From a virus (taxonomy: Duplodnaviria; Heunggongvirae; Uroviricota; Caudoviricetes): a DNA stretch of 7,805 nucleotides. The stretch lies in the IMG/VR virus record IMGVR_UViG_2690316345_000001, positions 1 through 7,805 of that record; one strand, 5' to 3'. The notes under the pieces were generated by a model. That model had not been told where the DNA came from. It worked only from the letters and a program-made list of their open reading frames with translations, and did no database searches. Made by a program: the position numbers and the translations under genes. Below are positions 1 through 7,805 of this stretch, in pieces; the first letter of the stretch is position 1, and each line of letters opens with the position of its first letter.

Positions 1-191
1 TTCAGTTCGTTCTGGTCACGGTTAGCCAGGCTCGCCGGGAAAGTTGCCAGTAACTGGCTGAACACACCGTTGATGATCTGCGCTACCTGCTGTACCTGAG
101 GCTTTTCGTCGTACTGTTCCGGCATGTTGTTGGCGATCCGACGCATCTGCTCACGGTCAAAGTTAACCATCTGTGCGGCGATGTTTTTCAT
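1..191 (-). CDS. P: Replication protein P, N-terminal ~63 codons; gene continues beyond the window start
   Basis: Minus-strand translation from the ATG at 191-189 reads MKNIAAQMVNFDREQMR..., matching the lambda P N-terminus as I recall it. Start overlaps the O stop in an ATGA arrangement (188-191), as in lambda. Confidence 0.9.
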   Translation of the reverse strand, partial: MKNIAAQMVNFDREQMRRIANNMPEQYDEKPQVQQVAQIINGVFSQLLATFPASLANRDQNEL

Positions 192-1087
192 AGATCCACC
201 CCGTAAATCCAGTCTGTGTTTGTCAAGTCGAGTTTTGGTTTGCTGGCTGTCACGGCTGCCTGTTGCTTGTTACGGTTGATTTCGAGCTGGGTCCACTTGT
301 CGCGGAGTTTGGCCGGGCTAAGCACGTTACCGGACCAGAAGTTGTCCTGGCATGCCCAGCGGAACAGTACACACATGTCGCGATGGTTGCGTCCGTCACG
401 TTCACGCATCAGGCGGATATCGTTAGCCCACCCAGCAAAATTCGGTTTTCTGGCTGATGGTGCGATAGTCTTCACCATGTCAAACATCCACTCTGCGGCG
501 GTCAGGTCTTCTGCTGTCCCCCACTTGCTGCCGCTCTGAATTGCAGCATCCGGTTTAACCACAGAAAGATCGTTTTCTGGCTGGTCAGAGGATTCGCCAG
601 AATTCTCGGACGAATAATCTTTTCTTTTTTCTTTTGTAATAGTGTCTTTTGTGTCCCCCTGTTTTGAGGGATAGCAATCCCCCAATTTGAGGGATGTTTT
701 ATCCCTCGTTTTAGGGGATTTTCCCTCGTTTTGAGGGATACACCATTCTGAGATGTTTTTATTTGGTCCAAACATGCCGCATTGTTGCTTGATAATATTC
801 ATTCTGACGAGTTCTAACTTGGCTTCATTGCACCGTTTGACGGGTAACTTTGTAATCTCGCTAAGTTGAGAATCGGTGATTCTGTCCATTGGTTTATTCC
901 ACCCATAGGTTTTACGCAGAATGGCAAGCAGCACTTTAAACTGTCGCTTGGTCAGATCTGCGCCTGAATAAGCCTCAAGCAGCATATTTGATAGTCTGGC
1001 GTAACCATCATCGAGATCTGCCACATTACGCTCCTGTTTGGCAAAGTTACCTCTGCAGAAGTTGAGTATTTTTGCTGTATTTGTCAT
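188..1087 (-). CDS. O: Replication initiator protein O (299 aa)
   Basis: Supplied ORF; product MTNTAKILNF...WIYGVDL is near-identical to lambda O from memory. The ori iterons lie inside the coding region, as expected for O. Confidence 0.95.
   Translation of the reverse strand: MTNTAKILNFCRGNFAKQERNVADLDDGYARLSNMLLEAYSGADLTKRQFKVLLAILRKTYGWNKPMDRITDSQLSEITKLPVKRCNEAKLELVRMNIIKQQCGMFGPNKNISEWCIPQNEGKSPKTRDKTSLKLGDCYPSKQGDTKDTITKEKRKDYSSENSGESSDQPENDLSVVKPDAAIQSGSKWGTAEDLTAAEWMFDMVKTIAPSARKPNFAGWANDIRLMRERDGRNHRDMCVLFRWACQDNFWSGNVLSPAKLRDKWTQLEINRNKQQAAVTASKPKLDLTNTDWIYGVDL
600..740. repeat. ori-lambda: four ~18-bp iterons (about 656-673, 679-696, 701-718, 722-739) with the adjacent AT-rich tract (about 600-654)
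   Basis: Four tandem copies of the motif (a)tccctc-N6-gaggga, read on the minus strand, each an imperfect inverted repeat. Next to them is a T/A-rich run (aataatcttttcttttttcttttgtaatag). Layout matches the lambda origin embedded in O. Confidence 0.85.
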
Positions 1088-1089
1088 AA
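1062..1089 (+). promoter_or_regulatory. pO-like promoter for oop RNA (approximate)
   Basis: ttgagt (1062-1067) and cataat (1084-1089) hexamers with ~16-bp spacing, about 9 nt upstream of the inferred oop 5' end. Hexamer choice is by eye. Confidence 0.4.
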
Positions 1090-1097
1090 TGACTCCT

Positions 1098-1174
1098 GTG
1101 GATTGATCCAGTAATGACCTCAGAACTCCATCTGGATTTGTTCAGAACGCTCGGTTGCCGCCGGGCGTTTTTTA
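1098..1174 (+). ncRNA. oop: oop antisense RNA (about 77 nt), antisense to the cII 3' end
   Basis: Sequence gattgatccagtaatgacctcagaactccatctggatttgttcagaacgctcggttgccgccgggcgtttttt closely matches the lambda oop RNA as I remember it. It ends in a GC hairpin plus T6 and overlaps the cII stop on the opposite strand. The 5' end is approximate. Confidence 0.65.
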
Positions 1175-1413
1175 TTGGTGAGAATCGCAGCAACTTGTCG
1201 CGCCAATCGAGCCATGTCGTCGTCAACGACACCCCATTCAAGAACAGCAAGCAGCATTGAGAACTTTGGAATCCAGTCTCTCTTCCACCTGCTGATCTGC
1301 GACTTATCAACTCCCACAGCTTCCGCTGTCTTCTCAGTTCCAAGCATTGCGATTTTGTTAAGCAACGCACTCTCGATTCGTAGAGCCTCGTTGCGTTTGT
1401 TTGCACGAACCAT
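1120..1413 (-). CDS. cII: Transcriptional activator CII (97 aa)
   Basis: Minus-strand ORF; from the ATG at 1413-1411 the product is MVRANKRNEALRIESALLNK...EQIQMEF, matching lambda CII. SD aagga lies upstream. The supplied 117-aa ORF has a spurious N-terminal extension. Confidence 0.95.
   Translation of the reverse strand: MVRANKRNEALRIESALLNKIAMLGTEKTAEAVGVDKSQISRWKRDWIPKFSMLLAVLEWGVVDDDMARLARQVAAILTNKKRPAATERSEQIQMEF
1148..1176 (+). terminator. Intrinsic terminator of oop (t-oop)
   Basis: Stem cgctcgg / ccgggcg (one G-U pair) with a short loop, followed by tttttt at 1168-1173. Confidence 0.7.
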
Positions 1414-1430
1414 ATGTAAGTATTTCCTTA
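1388..1430 (+). promoter_or_regulatory. pRE-like promoter with CII binding site TTGC-N6-TTGC
   Basis: ttgcgtttgtttgc at 1391-1404 (TTGC, 6 nt, TTGC) straddles the cII start on the opposite strand; aagtat -10-like hexamer at 1418-1423. This is the lambda pRE architecture, directing transcription toward cro (antisense) and cI. Confidence 0.7.
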
Positions 1431-1492
1431 GATAACAATTAATTGAATGTATGCAAATAAATGCATACACCATAGGTGTGGTTTAATTGGAT

Positions 1493-1524
1493 GCCCTTTT
1501 TCAGGGCGGGGATGTGTAAGAACG
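1493..1524 (-). promoter_or_regulatory. nutR (boxB 1493-1507, boxA-like 1510-1524); the rho-dependent tR1 region follows toward cII
   Basis: Minus strand reads cgttcttacacatcc (boxA-like, one or two changes from the lambda CGCTCTTA core) followed by gccctgaaaaagggc (boxB stem-loop), immediately downstream of cro. Confidence 0.75.
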
Positions 1525-1532
1525 GGAATGTC

Positions 1533-2885
<1,353 letters not shown>

Positions 2886-2935
2886 TCCCCACCTCAATCT
2901 CAATAACCAAAAAACAAACTATTTTCCGTTTAAAA

Positions 2936-3008
2936 ACAATGGAGTTTGTTTTGCACACCTCTTTTTACAATATTTCTTGTTTACAATATACAATCTTTCT
3001 TGTAATTT
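2936..3008. promoter_or_regulatory. 434-type left operator: OL3 2936-2949, OL2 2967-2980, OL1 2990-3003, overlapping pL (toward N)
   Basis: Three 14-bp ACAA-N6-TTGT sites: acaatggagtttgt, acaatatttcttgt, acaatctttcttgt; OL2-OL1 spacer is 9 bp. pL hexamers are approximate: -35 near 2977-2985 (ttgtttaca), -10 near 3001-3008 (tgtaattt). Confidence 0.8.
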
Positions 3009-3047
3009 TAAACCATCAGCAGGACGCACTGACCACCATGAAGGTGA

Positions 3048-3078
3048 TGCTCTTAAAAATTAAGCCCTGAAAAAGGGC
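3048..3078 (+). promoter_or_regulatory. nutL (boxA about 3048-3057, boxB 3064-3078)
   Basis: tgctcttaaaaattaa followed by gccctgaaaaagggc (15-nt hairpin with GAAAAA loop), about 160 nt upstream of N; matches lambda nutL from memory. Confidence 0.8.
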
Positions 3079-3236
3079 AGCATTCAAAGCAGAAGGCTTT
3101 GGGGTGTATGATACGAAACGAAGCATTGGCCGGAAGTGCGATTCCGGATTAGCTGCCAATGTGCCAATCGCGGGGTGTTTTCGTTCAGGACTACAACTGC
3201 CACACACCACCAAAGCTAACTGACAGGAGAATCCAG

Positions 3237-4134
<898 letters not shown>

Positions 4135-4257
4135 TTAAAAGACAGGCATACTAATAAACACTGCACTGTGTATTTATTCCAACGAGTGAATACACGGAGC
4201 AATGTCGCTCGTAACTAAACAGGAGCCGACTTGTTCTGATTATTGGAAATCTTCTTT

Positions 4258-4283
4258 GCCCTCCAGTGTGAGGGCGATTTTTT
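4258..4283 (+). terminator. Putative intrinsic terminator on the + strand (tL-like) upstream of the ea10-like gene
   Basis: gccctc (4258-4263), loop cagtgt, gagggc (4270-4275), then gatttttt. The minus-strand complement lacks a U-tract, so it is unidirectional. Confidence 0.55.
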
Positions 4284-4303
4284 ATCTATGAGGATATGAA
4301 TAG

Positions 4304-4672
4304 ATGTCAAACATCAAAAAATACATCATTGATTACGACTGGAAAGCATCAATAGAAATTGAAATCGACCATGACGTAATGACAGAGGAAAAACTTCACC
4401 AGATTAATAATTTCTGGTCAGACTCTGAATACCGACTCAATAAACACGGCTCTGTATTAAATGCTGTATTAATCATGCTGGCGCAACATGCTCTGCTTAT
4501 AGCAATTTCAAGCGACTTAAATGCATATGGTGTTATGTGTGAGTTCGACTGGAATGATGGAAATGGTCAGGAAGGATGGCCTCCAATGGATGGTAGCGAA
4601 GGAATAAGAATTACCGATATCGATACATCAGGAATATTTGATTCAGATGATATGACTATCAAAGCCGCCTGA
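4304..4672 (+). CDS. ea10: Ea10-like early protein (122 aa); assignment by position and size
   Basis: Supplied ORF of 122 codons. I recall lambda ea10 as 122 codons sitting about 72 nt upstream of cIII, which is exactly the spacing here (4672 to 4745). I cannot confirm the protein sequence from memory. Confidence 0.65.
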   Translation: MSNIKKYIIDYDWKASIEIEIDHDVMTEEKLHQINNFWSDSEYRLNKHGSVLNAVLIMLAQHALLIAISSDLNAYGVMCEFDWNDGNGQEGWPPMDGSEGIRITDIDTSGIFDSDDMTIKAA

Positions 4673-4744
4673 GCGCGGCGTTACCGCATACCAATAACGC
4701 TTCACTCGAGGCGTTTTTCGTTATGTATAAATAAGGAGCACACC

Positions 4745-4909
4745 ATGCAATATGCCATTGCAGGGTGGCCTGTTGCTGGCTGCCCTTCCGAATCTTTACT
4801 TGAACGAATCACCCGTAAATTACGTAGCGGATGGAAACGCCTTATCGACATACTTAATCAGCCAGGAGTCCCCAAAAATGGATCAAACACTTATGGCTAT
4901 CCAGACTAA
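4745..4909 (+). CDS. cIII: CIII, FtsH protease inhibitor (54 aa)
   Basis: Below the ORF-track size cutoff. ATG at 4745 with SD aagga at 4733-4737; product [54 protein letters not shown] matches lambda CIII from memory. Confidence 0.9.
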   Translation: MQYAIAGWPVAGCPSESLLERITRKLRSGWKRLIDILNQPGVPKNGSNTYGYPD

Positions 4910-5021
4910 ATTCACTATCGCCACTTTTATTGGCGATGAAAAGATGTTTCGTGAGGCCGTCGACGCTTATAAAAAATGGATATTAATACTGAAACTGAGA
5001 TCAAGCAAAAGCATTCACTAA
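4878..5021 (+). CDS. kil: Kil, host cell-division inhibitor (47 aa)
   Basis: Internal Met of the supplied ORF 4752-5021; product [47 protein letters not shown]. Overlaps the cIII end by 32 nt and the gam start by 46 nt, as in lambda. Confidence 0.85.
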   Translation: MDQTLMAIQTKFTIATFIGDEKMFREAVDAYKKWILILKLRSSKSIH

Positions 5022-5392
5022 CCCCCTTTCCTGTTTTCCTAATCAGCCCGGCATTTCGCGGGCGATATTTTCACAGCTATTTCAGGAGTTCGGCCATGAA
5101 CGCTTATTACATTCAGGATCGTCTTGAGGCTCAGAGCTGGGCGCGTCACTACCAGCAGATAGCCCGTGAAGAGAAAGAGGCAGAACTGGCAGACGACATG
5201 GAAAAAGGCCTGCCCCAGCACCTGTTTGAATCGCTATGCATCGATCATTTGCAACGCCACGGGGCCAGCAAAAAAGCCATTACCCGTGCGTTTGATGACG
5301 ATGTTGAGTTTCAGGAACGCATGGCAGAACACATCCGGTACATGGTTGAAACTATTGCCCGCCACCAGGTTGATATTGATTCAGAGGTATAA
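4976..5392 (+). CDS. gam: Gam, RecBCD inhibitor (138-aa long form; internal start MNAYYIQ gives the short form)
   Basis: Supplied ORF; product [20 protein letters not shown]...HQVDIDSEV matches lambda Gam. Confidence 0.95.
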   Translation: MDINTETEIKQKHSLTPFPVFLISPAFRGRYFHSYFRSSAMNAYYIQDRLEAQSWARHYQQIAREEKEAELADDMEKGLPQHLFESLCIDHLQRHGASKKAITRAFDDDVEFQERMAEHIRYMVETIARHQVDIDSEV

Positions 5393-5397
5393 AACGG

Positions 5398-6183
5398 ATG
5401 AGTACAGCACTCGCAACGCTGGCAGGGAAGCTGGCTGAACGTGTCGGCATGGATTCTGTCGACCCACAGGAACTGATCACCACTCTTCGCCAGACGGCAT
5501 TTAAAGGTGATGCCAGCGATGCGCAGTTCATCGCATTGTTGATCGTTGCCAACCAGTACGGCCTTAATCCGTGGACGAAAGAAATTTACGCCTTTCCTGA
5601 TAAGCAGAATGGCATCGTTCCGGTGGTGGGCGTTGATGGCTGGTCCCGCATCATCAATGAAAACCAGCAGTTTGATGGCATGGACTTTGAGCAGGACAAT
5701 GAATCCTGTACATGCCGGATTTACCGCAAGGACCGTAATCATCCGATCTGCGTTACCGAGTGGATGGATGAATGCCGCCGCGAACCATTCAAAACCAGCG
5801 AAGGCAGAGAAATTACGGGGCCGTGGCAGTCGCATCCCAAACGGATGTTACGGCATAAAGCCATGATTCAGTGTGCCCGGCTGGCCTTCGGATTTGCGGG
5901 TATCTATGACAAGGATGAAGCCGAGCGCATTGTCGAAAATACCGCATACACTGCAGAACGTCAGCCGGAACGCGACATCACTCCGGTTAACGATGAAACC
6001 ATGCAGGAGATTAACACTCTGCTGATTGCCCTGGACAAAACATGGGATGACGACTTATTGCCGCTCTGTTCCCAGATATTTCGCCGCGACATTCGCGCAT
6101 CGTCGGAACTGACACAGGCCGAAGCAGTGAAAGCTCTTGGATTCCTGAAACAGAAAGCCTCTGAACAGAAGGTGGCTGCATGA
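5398..6183 (+). CDS. bet: Bet (Red-beta) single-strand annealing recombinase (261 aa)
   Basis: Supplied ORF; product [66 protein letters not shown]... matches lambda Red-beta. Confidence 0.95.
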   Translation: MSTALATLAGKLAERVGMDSVDPQELITTLRQTAFKGDASDAQFIALLIVANQYGLNPWTKEIYAFPDKQNGIVPVVGVDGWSRIINENQQFDGMDFEQDNESCTCRIYRKDRNHPICVTEWMDECRREPFKTSEGREITGPWQSHPKRMLRHKAMIQCARLAFGFAGIYDKDEAERIVENTAYTAERQPERDITPVNDETMQEINTLLIALDKTWDDDLLPLCSQIFRRDIRASSELTQAEAVKALGFLKQKASEQKVAA

Positions 6184-6860
6184 CACCGGACATTATCCTG
6201 CAGCGTACCGGGATCGACGTGAGAGCTGTCGAACAGGGGGATCATGCGTGGCACAAATTACGGCTCGGCGTCATCACCGCTTCAGAAGTTCACAATGTGA
6301 TAGCAAAACCCCGCTCCGGAAAGAAATGGCCTGACATGAAAATGTCCTACTTCCACACCCTGCTTGCCGAGGTTTGCACCGGTGTGGCTCCGGAAGTTAA
6401 CGCTAAGGCGCTGGCCTGGGGAAAACAGTACGAGAACGACGCCAGAGCCCTCTTTGAGTTCACTTCCGGCGTGAATGTTACTGAATCCCCGATCATCTAT
6501 CGCGACGAAAGTATGCGCACCGCCTGCTCTCCCGATGGTTTATGCAGTGACGGCAATGGCCTTGAGCTGAAATGCCCGTTTACCTCCCGGGATTTCATGA
6601 AGTTCCGGCTCGGTGGTTTCGAGGCCATAAAGTCGGCTTACATGGCCCAGGTGCAGTACAGCATGTGGGTGACGCGAAAAGATGCCTGGTACTTTTCCAA
6701 CTATGACCCGCGTATGAAGCGTGAAGGCCTGCATTATGTCGTGGTTGAGCGGGATGAAAAGTACATGGCGAGTTTTGACGAGATGGTGCCGGAGTTCATC
6801 GAAAAAATGGACGAGGCACTGGCTGAAATTGGTTTTGTATTTGGGGAGCAATGGCGATGA
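6180..6860 (+). CDS. exo: Exo (Red-alpha) 5'-3' exonuclease (226 aa)
   Basis: Supplied ORF; product [65 protein letters not shown]... matches lambda exonuclease. ATGA overlap with the bet stop. Confidence 0.95.
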   Translation: MTPDIILQRTGIDVRAVEQGDHAWHKLRLGVITASEVHNVIAKPRSGKKWPDMKMSYFHTLLAEVCTGVAPEVNAKALAWGKQYENDARALFEFTSGVNVTESPIIYRDESMRTACSPDGLCSDGNGLELKCPFTSRDFMKFRLGGFEAIKSAYMAQVQYSMWVTRKDAWYFSNYDPRMKREGLHYVVVERDEKYMASFDEMVPEFIEKMDEALAEIGFVFGEQWR

Positions 6861-7039
6861 AGCATCCTCACGATAATATCCGCGTAGGCACGATCACTTT
6901 CGTCTACTCCGTTACAAAGCGAGGCTGGGTATTTCCCGGCCTTTCTGTTATCCGAAATCCCCTGAATGCACAGCGGCTGGCTGAGGAGATAAATAATAAA
7001 CGGGGGGCTGTATGCACAAAGCATCTCCCGTTGAGTTAA
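6851..7039 (+). CDS. Small delta-region protein, lambda orf60a-like (62 aa)
   Basis: Supplied [16 protein letters not shown]...; begins 10 nt before the exo stop, the position lambda gives to orf60a. Identification by position and partial recollection. Confidence 0.65.
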   Translation: MAMKHPHDNIRVGTITFVYSVTKRGWVFPGLSVIRNPLNAQRLAEEINNKRGAVCTKHLPLS

Positions 7040-7203
7040 GAACGAGTATCGAGATGGCACATAGCCTCGCTCAAATTGGAGTCAGGTTTGTGCCAATACC
7101 AGTAGAAACAGACGAAGAATTTCATACGTTAGCCGCATCCCTTTCACAAAAGCTGGAAATGATGGTGGCGAAAGCAGAAGCAGATGAGAGAGACCCGGTA
7201 TGA
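7012..7203 (+). CDS. Small delta-region protein, lambda orf63-like (63 aa)
   Basis: Supplied [40 protein letters not shown]...; overlaps the preceding ORF by 28 nt in another frame. Confidence 0.6.
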   Translation: MHKASPVELRTSIEMAHSLAQIGVRFVPIPVETDEEFHTLAASLSQKLEMMVAKAEADERDPV

Positions 7204-7495
7204 CAACCACGGAATGCATTTTTCTGGCTGCGGGCTTCATATTCTGTGTGCTTATGCTTGCCGACATGGGACTTGTTCAATGACACCTCAGCAAGAAAAC
7301 GCCCTTCGCAGCATTGCCCGTCAGGCTAATTCTGAAATCAAAAAAGCCAGACAGCAGTTTCCGGATAAAAACGTCAATGACATTTGTCGTAGCGTACTGA
7401 AGAAGCACCGCGAAACGGTAACGCTGATGGGATTCACACCGACTCACTTAAGTCTGGCAATCGGCATGTTAAACGGCGTCTTTAAGGAACGGTGA
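7184..7495 (+). CDS. Hypothetical small protein (103 aa from 7184; alternative start 7280 gives 71 aa beginning MTPQQENALRSIARQ)
   Basis: Supplied ORF. The 20-nt overlap with the previous ORF resembles the lambda orf63/orf61 arrangement as I recall it. A 27-codon hydrophobic ORF (7200-7283, MTTTECIFLAAGFIFCVLMLADMGLVQ) in another frame is bounded by ATGA overlaps at both ends, so the true start is uncertain. Confidence 0.5.
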   Translation: MRETRYDNHGMHFSGCGLHILCAYACRHGTCSMTPQQENALRSIARQANSEIKKARQQFPDKNVNDICRSVLKKHRETVTLMGFTPTHLSLAIGMLNGVFKER

Positions 7496-7515
7496 ACATG
7501 AAAAGCAAAATCATC

Positions 7516-7537
7516 AGGGAGCTACAGGCTCCTTTTT
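7516..7537 (+). terminator. Putative intrinsic terminator downstream of the 7184-7495 ORF
   Basis: gggagc (7516-7521), loop tacag, gctcc (7527-7531), then tttttt (7532-7537). Confidence 0.55.
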
Positions 7538-7593
7538 TATTATTCGCATTCACCCTCAAGCGTATTAACCAACCATTCAGGGATTAATGGAAG

Positions 7594-7799
<206 letters not shown>

Positions 7800-7805
7800 C
7801 TTTCG

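Noticed and set aside
1449-1468. Near-perfect 20-bp palindrome gtatgcaaataaatgcatac between nutR and cII
   Set aside because: As far as I recall the same sequence is present in lambda within the tR1 region, so it is part of the conserved backbone and not a new element.

Overview
This window is the early/immunity region of a lambda-like temperate phage or prophage, presented in reverse orientation relative to the conventional lambda map. Gene order, low to high coordinate: P (5' part, -), O with the ori iterons (-), cII (-), cro (-), OR1-3, cI (+), an unassigned secreted-protein gene overlapping the cI stop (+), OL1-3/pL/nutL, N (+), an unassigned convergent gene at the position lambda gives to sieB (-), an ea10-like gene, cIII, kil, gam, bet, exo and three small delta-region ORFs (+). 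Replication, antitermination and Red genes match lambda from memory at near identity, while cI, cro and all six operators are phage-434 type (14-bp ACAA-N6-TTGT sites), i.e. a lambda imm434-like mosaic. All identifications rest on recalled protein and site sequences, not on a database search. The two strongest leads are the non-lambda cargo genes in the immunity region: a signal-peptide protein coupled to cI (2481-2885) and a coiled-coil plus C-terminal Cys4 zinc-ribbon protein antisense to the pL operon (3553-4047). I could not assign either to a known family from memory; both may be lysogen-expressed exclusion or defence candidates, but that is inference. No tRNA, rRNA, CRISPR array or IS element was seen.
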